A stretch of 63,736 bases of DNA, filler included, from Lama guanicoe (taxonomy: Eukaryota), in assembly GCA_013239625.1 (NCBI GenBank). It is 91 parts of 91 records of this genome, joined end to end, with 100 filler letters (N's around TTAATTAATTAA, not from the genome) between each part and the next. Parts side by side here need not be neighbours in the genome. Positions count along the whole stretch, not along the records: positions 50,278 to 50,938 come from PNXV01028836.1; positions 51,039 to 51,429 come from PNXV01028837.1; positions 51,530 to 52,130 come from PNXV01028838.1; positions 52,231 to 52,723 come from PNXV01028839.1; positions 52,824 to 53,362 come from PNXV01028840.1; positions 53,463 to 53,989 come from PNXV01028841.1; positions 54,090 to 54,602 come from PNXV01028842.1; positions 54,703 to 55,272 come from PNXV01028843.1; 83 more parts are not named here. One strand, 5' to 3'. The notes under the pieces are model-generated. The model was not told the origin of the DNA, ran no database searches, and worked only from the letters and a program-made list of their open reading frames with translations. A program made the position numbers and the translations under genes. Shown here piece by piece: positions 50,390-62,582 of this stretch (positions within the stretch are counted from its first letter, which is position 1; each line of letters opens with the position of its first letter).

Positions 50390-50760
50390 AGGTACATGCC
50401 CAAGTATGTTCCCAGCCTCCTTTGTCATCAGGTGTGGCAAAAAGGTTAAGTGATAAAGGTTTGGGAGGTGGAATATGAACAGAAGTGCTGAGTACCATTT
50501 CTCTGCCAGCACTTTGAGCAGTGAACACCCTTTTCCCACTCATCCCACTCCCAGAAGCTGATAAGTAGAGGTGCCCAGGATACAGCTTCAATCACGCAGA
50601 CAATTATGATTCCTCAGGGGTTGACAGAGAAGTCAGATGGAAGGAACCTGAAGCCTAAATGATGTGAGAGACAGAGCCATCCAGACTCGGAAGGCTCACT
50701 TCGCTCTTTTAGATCTTATTGTCTTGTTCACAAGCAGCCAAGTTGTCCTCTACTAATACA
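50390..50760 (+). mobile_element. Old MaLR LTR (MLT1J/K-like) fragment
   Basis: agatggaaggaacctgaagcctaaatgatg...gagccatcc and a 3' end caagcagccaagttgtcctctactaataca. Confidence 0.5.
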
Positions 50761-51644
50761 AAAATCATGGTGTTACTATCGTGGAAATATGATGGTTTTC
50801 ATAAATTCACAGCATTCCTTCTAAAAAGTCTATCACGGTAGGAGACAAAATGCAAGATGCAGAGGGATTGATGCTGAAGACACATGCCATGATGGAACAG
50901 AGGCCCAATAGTTGAGGAGCTGCCAAGGATCAGAACTTNNNNNNNNNNNNNNNNNNNNNNNNNNNNNNNNNNNNNNNNNNNNTTAATTAATTAANNNNNN
51001 NNNNNNNNNNNNNNNNNNNNNNNNNNNNNNNNNNNNNNTGTATCTTTCAGCCTTTACAGGCATGGCATGCTCGTGACAGGAAAGCGCGCTTGCTGTTTGA
51101 GAGACCACGGTTCCCTCTATTAAGGAGAATTGATTTTTAAAATTTCGCCTGCATCATAAACAAGCACTGGAAAAAAGTGTCGCTCGCTGATTGTTTCCAT
51201 GGCAGGTAGAGAAGCAAGTTACTTTCAGTTTTAAAAGCAACCTTGTTGCCGTATTGACTTAATCAGAGTTCTAGTTGTGCCTGCTGATCCATTGTGGAAT
51301 CGGAATCCCTGGACAGAAGGTGGTTTCATTCCGTTGCTCTCCATGCTGAAAGGGAAGTGTGATGTTGGCTTTACTGCCAGTGTCTGCCATCACCCCGTCA
51401 CCACCAGGCACTGAAGAAGCCTCTGCATTNNNNNNNNNNNNNNNNNNNNNNNNNNNNNNNNNNNNNNNNNNNNTTAATTAATTAANNNNNNNNNNNNNNN
51501 NNNNNNNNNNNNNNNNNNNNNNNNNNNNNTATCCCCTGAAAATAATAAAAATGCTGTTTCAAGTGAAAACAAAAAAATATCCTCAGCCCCAGCTTAAAAA
51601 ATGTGGGCAGGGAGGAAAAAACCCTTTTTTAAAGTTTCAATGGC

Positions 51645-51880
51645 AGGGAACAACCAGTAGAGGTAAAGACACACAAAGAGAAAGAGGACTTGGGGTTGTC
51701 AGGGGCTGGGTGAGGAGGGAGGGGAGTGCGTGCTCTGGATCCAAGGTTTCACTTTGAGGAAAGAAATAGTGTGAAACTAGATGGTAGTGATGGTCGCACA
51801 ACATTGTGAATGCCCCTAATGCTCCTGAATTGCACAATTTAAAAGGGGAAAAGTCTATATTTTATTACATGAAACTCTGA
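51645..51880 (+). mobile_element. L1MB-like 3' end
   Basis: ggttgtcaggggctggg...aaactagatggtagtgatggtcgcacaacattgtgaatgcccctaatg...gaattgcac. Confidence 0.85.
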
Positions 51881-52393
51881 AAAGAAAAATAAAGGATGTC
51901 ATAAATGATGTGAAACAAGCAAAGGAAACTAAAGAAAGTGAAACAAAAACATCTCCAGCAGAAGGGACGTCAAGTTTGGGGGGGGACTGATGATGTGATT
52001 TTGGAGAACATTTTGGAGAAGAAGGTGTGGTTGGGTGCATAGGGGGCTCTGCCCAGGGGGTGGTGATGCCTGAACTGGTTGTCCGTTGCCCAGCAGTCCA
52101 GCTGCAGATGTAGGTTCAGGAGGAGCTGCANNNNNNNNNNNNNNNNNNNNNNNNNNNNNNNNNNNNNNNNNNNNTTAATTAATTAANNNNNNNNNNNNNN
52201 NNNNNNNNNNNNNNNNNNNNNNNNNNNNNNTTGCATTTATTGCTTATAGCTTTGAAACCCTTTAACTTTGAATCAAACACTATTTTTCATTGTTACAGAG
52301 GCTGTTTAAAATTAAAATGCCTAAAGATATGACACATAAACATAAGATTATTCAGACTAATATTTTAATAAGACAGAGGGAAGAGCATAAATG

Positions 52394-52723
52394 TGTAAAG
52401 GCCCAGGATAAGCCACCCCAAAATGTGCCTCAAAGGCATACTGATAATTTTGAATTCAGGTTACTTAAGAAATGGCCAATGCAAAAGGGACTCTGACCTT
52501 CTTTTCTCTCCCATGAAAGAAGGAAATAAATCTCTTGTGTGAAAGGTGCACTCCCTACGTTTGGAGGTAGGACATCCTTACTGCCAGATGGGGAATTCAC
52601 ACCGAGAAGCCTTTATAAACTAACCTCGTTACTTCTTTAATTTACTACCCAGAGCCCAGACTCTGTTTAAATTTATTTATTGAGCACCCAAAACCTAAGT
52701 TTCTTTGTCCCATCAATTCCTCA
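52394..52723 (+). mobile_element. MER34-like ERV1 LTR (5' part)
   Basis: Starts with TG: tgtaaaggcccaggataagccaccccaaaatgtgcc...ggcatactgataattttgaatt. Confidence 0.72.
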
Positions 52724-53464
52724 NNNNNNNNNNNNNNNNNNNNNNNNNNNNNNNNNNNNNNNNNNNNTTAATTAATTAANNNNNNNNNNNNNNNNNNNNN
52801 NNNNNNNNNNNNNNNNNNNNNNNTTAGAACTATTATTATTGTCATTACTAGAGTAATTAATATTATCAGCAACGCCCTCATTAACTTTATTAATATTGGT
52901 GTTCAGTGTTACTGGTTGGAGTCCCTCGCCCACGTTTTCATCAGCATGGCTGAGGGAAATAATCCTTCAGCATAATACTGATACTGAACATTTCTGAATA
53001 AGTTCTTGTATTTGGTATAGCTCCCAATATTATCCACTCTGAGAGGAACTTTATGAAGCAGAAGAATCTGAGTCTATTTTTTGAAGGAAATGGGTGTAGA
53101 AACCATGGTGCATTAGGGCAGAACCGCGATGAAAATGGGAACAAGTAGTGAGTCTCAAATGGTCCTATGTAGACAGTCTTCATCAACCTTATAACCATCG
53201 TCTCCAACTCACTGAGCATATTGAAAAATATCTGAGCTGACAAGGGAGTACATCCCCTTTATTTTACATATATATTTTATGTGTATATTTGCATTTATAA
53301 ATATATCTAATATTATATATATATATATTTCATTTCTTCCTTTCCTTAGGACATCAACAGAANNNNNNNNNNNNNNNNNNNNNNNNNNNNNNNNNNNNNN
53401 NNNNNNTTAATTAATTAANNNNNNNNNNNNNNNNNNNNNNNNNNNNNNNNNNNNNNNNNNNNAA

Positions 53465-53720
53465 CTATCATAATAATAACAGCAGGAGCTGAAGTGTAGG
53501 GTTGCTAGATATGTCGTAGGTGCCAAGCACTTTATAGCCAGGGGCTCATGTAGTCGTAGTGACAACCCCTCAGGTAGGTACTGCTGTTGCCCCAAAGTAC
53601 CGAAGAGGAAGCTGAGGCACAGAAAGACTTAGAACTTCTCCAGGGTCAGATGCTTGTAGATTACAGAGCTGTCACTGAACCCAGGTCTGACTAGTCCTGG
53701 AGCCTCTGTCTTAACCAGTA
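53465..53720. mobile_element. MIR SINE
   Basis: gtgccaagcactttat...acaacccctcaggtaggtactgctgttgcccc...gaggaagctgaggcacagaaagacttagaacttctccagggtca...gaacccaggtctgact. Confidence 0.8.
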
Positions 53721-54402
53721 TACCCACCTTCTTCCTTCGCTTATTAATGAGCTACAGAGCTGACCTCTGCCACATGCTGGGCACATGATGGTGCAGTGGC
53801 ACGTGCACTGCCCAGCTGGGGCTCAGAGCCTGGTGAGAGACACAGACGGCAACCAGGCAACTGTACGAGAGTGGCTATCTGTGTCATGATGCGGGCAGTA
53901 CAGGGAGCCATGGGAGCCATCAGAAAGGGCTGTGCACCAGACCAGGGAGCCAGGGGTGCCTTCCGGGAGGAAGTGACATCGATGTAGTCNNNNNNNNNNN
54001 NNNNNNNNNNNNNNNNNNNNNNNNNNNNNNNNNTTAATTAATTAANNNNNNNNNNNNNNNNNNNNNNNNNNNNNNNNNNNNNNNNNNNNTGTTTATGAGA
54101 AACAAATGACCAGTGATTCAGAGAAATAATATCTACTACTAATACTGAAAAAAACCTCTGAAATTTCTGTACAGTCTTGGTGAATACAAAGTCACAACTG
54201 TCTTTTACACTCAAGCATAGCTCAAAATCTTTGAGTCTGGAGAACTGACGGAGCTAACCCTAATGACAGGGCACCAGAGAAATGCAAATCCCAGAGAAGG
54301 GGCATTGGTACCCTGGACAAGGTTATTAATGAGTCCTAAATTTCACTTGGCTTTTGGCTTTCTTTCTCTTGGTTATTCTGGCAGTTATATTGAAGGTAAC
54401 TG

Positions 54403-54602
54403 TCAAGTGCCAAGATAATTCATTGAGGAAAAGGATAGTCTTTTTCAACAAATGGTGCTGGGACAACTGAATATCACATGTGACAGAATGAAGTTGGACC
54501 CTACCTAACACCATATACAAAAATTAACTCAAAATGGATCAAAGATCTAAATGTATGAGTTAAATCAGTAAAATTCTTAGAAGAAAACAAGAGTAAATCT
54601 TT
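54403..54602 (+). mobile_element. LINE-1 ORF2 fragment
   Basis: aaaggatagtctttttcaacaaatggtgctgggacaactg...ccatatacaaaaattaactcaaaatggatcaaaga (KDSLFNKWCW, PYTKINSKWIKDL). Confidence 0.93.
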
Positions 54603-54702
54603 NNNNNNNNNNNNNNNNNNNNNNNNNNNNNNNNNNNNNNNNNNNNTTAATTAATTAANNNNNNNNNNNNNNNNNNNNNNNNNNNNNNNNNNNNNNNNNN
54701 NN

Positions 54703-55272
54703 TCTGTTTTCTAAATTCTATATTCTGTATTCTATATTCTGCATTCCGTATGGTATAAATTTTATTCTGTGTTCTACATTCAATATTCTTAATTCTATAT
54801 TCAGTATTCTGAGGTCTATATTTTAAATTCTGTGTTCTGCATTCCATGTTATAAATTTATGATTCTATATGCTCTATTCTATATTCTATACTCTGTGTTC
54901 TACTTTAAATTTTCTAAATCCTATATTCAGTATTCTTTGGTCTATATTTTTAATTCTGGGTTCTACATTCTATTGTCTAAATACTATATTCAGAATTTTG
55001 TATTCAATATTCTAAATTCTGTGTTCCGAAATCTATATTCTAAGTTCTATATTCAGTATTCTGAATTCTATATTCTATATTCTGTGTTCTGCTTTCAATA
55101 TTGTAAATAATATATTCAGCTTTCTGTATTCTATATTATAATTTCTGTGTTCTGCATTCTATATTATTAATTCTATATTCAGTATTATTTAATCTATATT
55201 CCTAATTATGTGTTCTGCATAGTATATTCTTAATTCTGGATTCTATATTCTCTATTCTACATTCTATATTCT
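54703..55272. repeat. Degenerate heptamer satellite (TTCTATA/TTCTGTG)n
   Basis: The whole contig has 7-bp periodicity (tattcta, tattctg, tgttctg). Confidence 0.9.
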
Positions 55273-57034
55273 NNNNNNNNNNNNNNNNNNNNNNNNNNNN
55301 NNNNNNNNNNNNNNNNTTAATTAATTAANNNNNNNNNNNNNNNNNNNNNNNNNNNNNNNNNNNNNNNNNNNNTATGAGCCGAGTACAGCTCAGTATGTCC
55401 AGGAAGAAAGAGCTGGGGGGGAATGGTAGAATGAAAGAAGGGGAAAAAAGGGCTCTGAAAAAAGTGTATAGACTTCAAAGCTATTAAAAACCATTCCATT
55501 TCGAGCAGATGCCAACCCGCACTTCCTGCCCAGTCTCTGTATTTTCATTGTTAATGATACAGAAATAAATGAAGACCAGTCTATCTCAATAAGGATATAA
55601 ATGCCATGAGGACAAAGCATGTTCACCGATTCTCCAGCATACAGAGTAATGCTCAGAGCATATGCTAGATAAAAATGACAGATCAGATGAATAAACGGCA
55701 GCTTCCCTGAACACAACAGCCAGAATGCACCGCTTTTTCCTCTGCAATCCCACAAAATCTAGCCTCTGTCACTGGTGTGGACCCCATCACTCTGCCTGGT
55801 ACATAGTACCCTGTGCCCTGCATTGTCCTCCCCTGCCCCCCATCGAGTACTTCAATACAGAGAATGGCTAATTTTTTTTTCATGGTAATAGCTCATGCTG
55901 TCCTCGAAACAAGTCTCCGGNNNNNNNNNNNNNNNNNNNNNNNNNNNNNNNNNNNNNNNNNNNNTTAATTAATTAANNNNNNNNNNNNNNNNNNNNNNNN
56001 NNNNNNNNNNNNNNNNNNNNCCAGGTACTGACTGAAAACCAGATGCATTCAAGGCTAGAAAACTACCTGTATACCGGGTCGGTCAGGGTTGGAATAAGTC
56101 CCCGGGTGCATGGCAGGCCCCGGGGTCACCATCACAGCCAGGCTCGCAAGCACTGGGTGGGAAAGAGCAGCCCAGATCGGGGAGACCCCTGGAGCTGCGT
56201 TCTGCCTCCCACCAGCTTCCACGTCCACCCCAGGGGACGGGGTCCACATGTTGGTGTCTAGACAGAAACAAGGACAGTGGTGCCCTGGCACATGCAGGAA
56301 AGGAGACCCAAGCACATCTCGAGAGTCACTCACCAGCCAGGTACACTGACTTCCTCCAGGCTGAAAGGCAACGTACAGGAAACAGGTGAGCTGAGAACCA
56401 GAAGGTCTCCTACGACGGGGATGCACAGAGCTCAGGAGGGAAAGCAGGACTTACCAAGTTGGGCCTGGAGTTCACCTGAAAGACAGTGAAAGAAACGCAT
56501 AACTCCCATCCCCGAGAAAAAGAATCCACAAAAAACCACCTCTCTGTATGTGACCTGGAAGACGTACCCACTCCAGACCCATCCGAGCCTCCACGGCTCC
56601 GGCCATCCTCCCTGCATCTCCCCAGCCACCNNNNNNNNNNNNNNNNNNNNNNNNNNNNNNNNNNNNNNNNNNNNTTAATTAATTAANNNNNNNNNNNNNN
56701 NNNNNNNNNNNNNNNNNNNNNNNNNNNNNNTCTATCTTCATTGACCCAACTGAGCAGTCAGATGAAAAGGACTTTGAGAACAGCCCTTGAGTTTAGTTTC
56801 CAAACAGGCCTAACCTTAGCCCAGGCTGAACTAGGAAGCAAACAATGTTTATCTTCAGTGCCATGGAGGATACAGTGCTTACACTGTAGTCACGTTAGGT
56901 TCCACATCACAGACGTTTCACATTACAAAGGCATTCTGTGCAATACATTCTAGAGTTAATATAAAATAGGTTACATCCCACCTCTGTTACTTGCTGGCTA
57001 TGAATTTAAACTTGTTCCCGGTAATGTGGTTAGA

Positions 57035-57220
57035 CATTCATTTATTCAACAAACACTTACTGAGTACCTAGTATGTGCCAGATCCTGTTTTAGGTGCTAG
57101 AGAATCAGCAATGAATCAAAAATCCCTGCCCTCCAGGTGTTCATTTTCTGGCAGGAAGAGAGAAAATAAGGTAATTAATTACTTACATAGCATGTTAGAA
57201 AGTGATACAAAAAGAATGGT
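57035..57220 (+). mobile_element. L2 3'-end fragment (duplicated at ~57625-57818)
   Basis: cattcatttattcaacaaacacttactgagtacctagtatgtgccagatcctgttttaggtgctag. Confidence 0.8.
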
Positions 57221-58544
57221 NNNNNNNNNNNNNNNNNNNNNNNNNNNNNNNNNNNNNNNNNNNNTTAATTAATTAANNNNNNNNNNNNNNNNNNNNNNNN
57301 NNNNNNNNNNNNNNNNNNNNTCTATCTTCATTGACCCAACTGAGCAGTCAGATGAAAAGGACTTTGAGACCAGCTCTTGAGTTTAGTTTCCAAACAGGCC
57401 TAACCTTAGCCCGGGCTGAACTAGGAAGCAGACAATGTTTATCTTCAGTGCCATGGAGGATACAGTGCTTACACTGTAGTCACGTTAGGTTCCACATCAC
57501 AGACGTTTCACATTACAAAGGCATTCTGTGCAATACATTCTAGAGTTAATATAAAATAGGTTACATCCCACCTCTGTTACTTGCTGGCTATGAATTTAAA
57601 CTTGTTCCCGGTAATGTGGTTAGACATTCATTTATTCAACAAACACTTACTGAGTACCTAGTATGTGCCAGATCCTGTTTTAGGTGCTAGGTGCTAGGTG
57701 AATCAGCAATGAATCAAAAATCCCTGCCCTCCAGGTGTTAATTTCCTGGCAGGAAGAGAGAAAATAAGTTAATTAATTACTTACATAGCATGTTAGAAAG
57801 TGATACAAAAAGAATGGTNNNNNNNNNNNNNNNNNNNNNNNNNNNNNNNNNNNNNNNNNNNNTTAATTAATTAANNNNNNNNNNNNNNNNNNNNNNNNNN
57901 NNNNNNNNNNNNNNNNNNTACCACAGACGTGCCGGCTCCTGGGACACCTCTGGACATCTCCCCATGGTAGCCTGAGGAGTGAGCTGCTCGGACCCAGCAC
58001 CCTTCCTCCCTGCTCAGCCCGGTGTCCCTTGTGCAGGAGGCTGCAGGCCCAGGTCACCGAGTCAGTCCTGTGTGGCCTTGTAGGAGGGAACAGAGCAACT
58101 CATCAAGAAGGCTATGCGACCCAGCCAAGGTGACTCCCCTTTGCTGGGACAGGAGCCACACCCGCACTGTGCAGTCAGTGAGGGCGATGAGGACTTTCAC
58201 CCTCACAGACCCACCCCTCCCAGCGCACGCGAATGCGCACACACCCACACCCACAAGACGCAGAAGCCCTGATAGCCTGCTCTGCCCCCTGACCATCCCC
58301 ACTCTGGGCTGTCGTGCAGCTCTGCCAAGTTTTATTGAAAGCACCTGCTGATGAGATGTGCAGGGTGAGTGCCCAGAGGAGCGGGGTGGGTCGGAGAGCA
58401 GAAAGAGCTCTGGGTCAGGAGCCGAGCCACCTGTCTTTCCTGGTTGACACTGGCCAGGTCAGTGTGCCTCCCTGGTCCTCAGTTTTCCCATCTGTCAAAT
58501 GGCAGGATCAAGTCGCTGCCAGCACTGGCCTGGGTATGTGGAAT

Positions 58545-58690
58545 CAGGGCCAACTGCGCAGACCCATGCAGTTGCTCAGGACCCCACACTTATTTCAAGA
58601 TGGAAGTCTTAAAATTCTTCATGTACTCTAACCAAAGCCCCAAGATTTCCATTTTACACTGGGCCCTGCAAGTGATAACAGCCGATTCTG
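58545..58690 (+). mobile_element. MER45A-like hAT (Tip100) MITE
   Basis: CAGGGCC...ttttacactgggccctgcaa...agccgattCTG termini, flanked by an imperfect 8-bp TSD tgtggaat/cctggaat. Confidence 0.75.
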
Positions 58691-58832
58691 CCTGGAATAG
58701 CCTCCATGTGGGACCCCCCATGTATGCTGTTCNNNNNNNNNNNNNNNNNNNNNNNNNNNNNNNNNNNNNNNNNNNNTTAATTAATTAANNNNNNNNNNNN
58801 NNNNNNNNNNNNNNNNNNNNNNNNNNNNNNNN

Positions 58833-58895
58833 ACACCAAAAATTGACACAACATTGTAAACTGACTATACTTCAGTAAAAACTGAAAATTAAAAA
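58833..58895 (+). mobile_element. L1 3' terminus with A-rich tail
   Basis: acaccaaaaattgacacaacattgtaaactgactatacttcagtaaaaa; related ends at ~32297-32344 and (antisense) 15211-15254. Confidence 0.7.
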
Positions 58896-59493
58896 GCCCC
58901 CAGAATTTATGGACACGGGATATACCAGGTTGGAAATGGGAATTAACTAATGCAGGGTCTCTAGGGATGCAATCAGCAAAGGTATAAAACCTGAACGATC
59001 ACAAGCCTAAATGGCTTCCTGCTGCAGCCTGTGCTGCTGCAGTTGACCTTTGCCCTGCTGCACCCCTGTCTGTGCTGCTGTTGAAAAAGAGGCTTTAGGA
59101 AGCTTCGTTGGAAGATTTAGGACCTCCCAGAGGCTGACTGACTCTGCCGCTCTGTCTTGTTTGTAGCCTTGCTCTCGGGAAGCCCCTGTGTGTCTCCTCC
59201 TGGTCATTGCCATCCTTCCAGGGAAATCACATCCCATGGATAGATTGGCTTTGTCCATTTTTGAACACTGTACAAATAGGATAATATAGTCTGGATTTTT
59301 TTCTTGATACAGTTTCTTCTCAGTATTATGTTTCTAAGATTNNNNNNNNNNNNNNNNNNNNNNNNNNNNNNNNNNNNNNNNNNNNTTAATTAATTAANNN
59401 NNNNNNNNNNNNNNNNNNNNNNNNNNNNNNNNNNNNNNNNNTTGCATGATCGATTATCTTCTCCTACTTAATAGATTCCACTTCACCTTAAGA

Positions 59494-59598
59494 CAGGGCT
59501 TTTCCGCCTCAGCCCTATTCACATTTTGAACTGAGTAATTCTTTGTCGTTGGGGGACGTTCCGTTCATTGCAGGATGTTTACCGGTATCCTTGGCAAT
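59494..59598. mobile_element. MER20-like hAT fragment
   Basis: cagggcttttccgcctcagccctattcacattttg...taattctttgtcgttggggg...cattgcaggatgttta. Confidence 0.75.
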
Positions 59599-59599
59599 C

Positions 59600-60179
59600 C
59601 TTAATCTTACTTTCTGCCGCTATGAATTTGCCTGTGCTGGAAGTTTCATATAAATTGTATGCAATAAGTGACTTTTGTATCCGCCTTCCTTCATTTAGTA
59701 TGTTTTCAAGGTTCATCTGTGTTGTCACATTTAACAGTAGTTCATTCCTTTGTATGACTAAATGATGCTCGTCATGTGACTGTACCACATTTTGTTCCTT
59801 CACTGAACTGATGAGACATTAGGTTGTTTCCACTTTCTGGTCATCATGAATAACGCTGTTGTGAACATTCATGTGTAAGTTTTGGCGTGGACATGTGTTT
59901 TCTGTTTTGTGTGTAGACACCTAAGAGGAGAAGTGCTAAATGGATACCTTAACCTTTTGAGGAATCTCCAAACCGCTTTCCACAGTGGCTGCACCATTTT
60001 CCAATCCCATAAGCAACATTTCAGAATTCCGATTTCTCAGAATTATTGCCCATATTTGTTATCATCTGTCTTTTTTATAACAGCCATCTGAGTGGGTGTG
60101 GCTATCTCACTGTAGTTCTGATTTGCTTCGCACATGATTCATGTGATTGAGCATCGTTTCCTGTGCTTCTTGGCCATTT
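59600..60179 (-). mobile_element. L1M ORF2 end/3' UTR
   Basis: gacattaggttgtttccactttctgg...gctgttgtgaacattcatgtgtaagttt...ttccacagtggctgcaccattt. Confidence 0.9.
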
Positions 60180-61347
60180 NNNNNNNNNNNNNNNNNNNNN
60201 NNNNNNNNNNNNNNNNNNNNNNNTTAATTAATTAANNNNNNNNNNNNNNNNNNNNNNNNNNNNNNNNNNNNNNNNNNNNGGCTGCCCTCTGTTTCTCTTG
60301 ATTCAAATTCTAGAGACAGCCTCTGCTTCGGCTCATATTTTTAAGTAAGATCATTGAGATCCTGATTTAGCTTTATGGGTAGGCCTCTTACCTCTGAAAC
60401 AATTAGCTGTGGTGGTTTGTGCTGGGAGGTCTTAATGTTTGCTTACTTTTTACTTCTCTCTGGAAGAAGGCATGGACAGGCAGCTATTCTGAAATATACT
60501 TGGTACATGCTGGTTATATACATTTTCACTTTGGGGGCACACTTAAAAAAGCTTTACTAGGATTTATGCAACTAGAATTTTAAAATCCCTTTATATGTCA
60601 ATACTTGTATTGTTAATTTTATCCAGTGTGTAACCATAGACCTTAACCTGCTTTCAAATCTATAATTATTTTTGTTTTCTTCCACACTTGAGGAATTGAA
60701 AGTATGAATTTCATATTATTCTCATTTTTATGGAGAACATAAAAAATTNNNNNNNNNNNNNNNNNNNNNNNNNNNNNNNNNNNNNNNNNNNNTTAATTAA
60801 TTAANNNNNNNNNNNNNNNNNNNNNNNNNNNNNNNNNNNNNNNNNNNNAAAATTCAGAAGAGTGTTATGAAGCATCCAAAAGGCCTTGAGACACAAGGGA
60901 GGAGAGTCAAGCAGGCAGTTGATACGCAAGCGTGGAGACAGTTATGGTCCAACAGTACACGTTTGTAGGTCAGATGCATAGAGGAGGTAACTGAAGCTTT
61001 GGGTGTGGATGGCTTTAGAGGGAACAGACCTTAGATTCCCTGAAATAGACATTAGAAGCAGAAGAGAGTCTCCATGAAATTCAGTATTTAATGACCAGAT
61101 GAAGGAGAAAGAATCTTTGGAGACACAGAAGACATGGCTACAGAGGAAGGAGTAAAACCAGGGAAGTGTGGTGATAACGTGATTTAGTAAATGATTTTGC
61201 AAAAGATGGAGCTTTCAGTTGTATTTCATTTTTAAAATGATTTTATTNNNNNNNNNNNNNNNNNNNNNNNNNNNNNNNNNNNNNNNNNNNNTTAATTAAT
61301 TAANNNNNNNNNNNNNNNNNNNNNNNNNNNNNNNNNNNNNNNNNNNN

Positions 61348-61925
61348 CCACAGGAATTGACTAGTGTAGAATGCTATTTATCTACCATTACGTATCCTGT
61401 AGGGTAGTTTCACCGTGCTCCCCACCTAGTCAGCCCTCCCTCCCATCTGAACCTGTCAACCACTGATGTTTTTACTGTCTCCATAGTTTCGTCTTTTCCA
61501 AAATGTTATATAGTTGGAATCACACAGTATGTAGCCTTTTCAGACTAGCTTTTTCACTTAGAAGTATGCATTTAAGTTACTGCCATGTCTTTTCACAATG
61601 ACAGACTTTTTATTATTGCTAAATAATATTTCACAGTATGAATGCTCCCCAGTTGGTTTATCCATTTGCCTATTGAAGGACATCTTTGTTGCTTCGAAGT
61701 TTGGACATTTATGAATAAAGCTGCAATAAATATTCATATGCAGGGTTTTGTGTAGACGTAACTCTTCAACTCATTTGGGTAAATACCAGTAAGAGAAACT
61801 GCTGGATTATATGCTAAGACTACGCTTAATTTTGTGAGCAACCATCAGATTGTCTTCCAAAGTGGCTGTATCATTCTGCATTCCCAACAGCAATGAATGA
61901 AAATTCCTCCTGCTCCACAGCCTTG
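61348..61925 (-). mobile_element. L1M (L1MB/MC-like) 3' region
   Basis: tatagttggaatcacacagtatgtagccttttcagact...ttgaaggacatctt...tgtcttccaaagtggctgtatcattctgcattcccaacagcaatgaatga. Confidence 0.9.
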
Positions 61926-62025
61926 NNNNNNNNNNNNNNNNNNNNNNNNNNNNNNNNNNNNNNNNNNNNTTAATTAATTAANNNNNNNNNNNNNNNNNNN
62001 NNNNNNNNNNNNNNNNNNNNNNNNN

Positions 62026-62582
62026 CTATATTCTATATTCTAAATTCTATATTCTGCATTCGATAATCTATATTATAAATTCTGTATTCTACATTCTATA
62101 TTCAATAATTATATTCAATATTCTGAATTCTTTATTCTAAATCGTGTGTTCTGCATTCCATGTTCAAAATTCTGGGTTCTATATTCTGTATTCTCTATTC
62201 TATATTCTGTGTTCTATATTCTATATTCTATATTCTGTGTTCTATATTCTATATTCTATATTCTGTGTTCTATATTCTATATTCTATATTCTGTGTTCTA
62301 TATTCTATATTCTATATTCTGTGTTCTATATTCTATATTCTATATTCTGTGTTCTATATTCTATATTCTATATTCTGTGTTCTACATTCTATATTCTGAA
62401 TTATATATTCTACATTTAGTATTCTATATTCTATATTCTGTGTTCTTCAAACTTTATTCTATATTCTATATTCAGTATTCTGTTATTCCATATTCTTAAT
62501 TCTGAGTTCTGCATTCCATGTTCTATATTCTGCTTTCTATATTATCTCTCCTATATTCTATATTTTGTGTTCTTTATTCAAT
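62026..62582. repeat. Heptamer satellite with a 28-bp higher-order unit (TTCTATA)3TTCTGTG
   Basis: GTGT recurs every 28 bp from ~62208 to ~62380, flanked by degenerate 7-mers like those at 54703-55272. Confidence 0.93.

Noticed and set aside
52941..53243. 100-aa minus-strand ORF
   Set aside because: Non-ATG start, no recognisable motif, and a length expected by chance in 64 kb.
62144..62499. Tyr/Ile/Phe-rich repetitive membrane-protein ORFs (also 54832-55110)
   Set aside because: All three frames are open only because the 7/28-bp satellite lacks stop codons.
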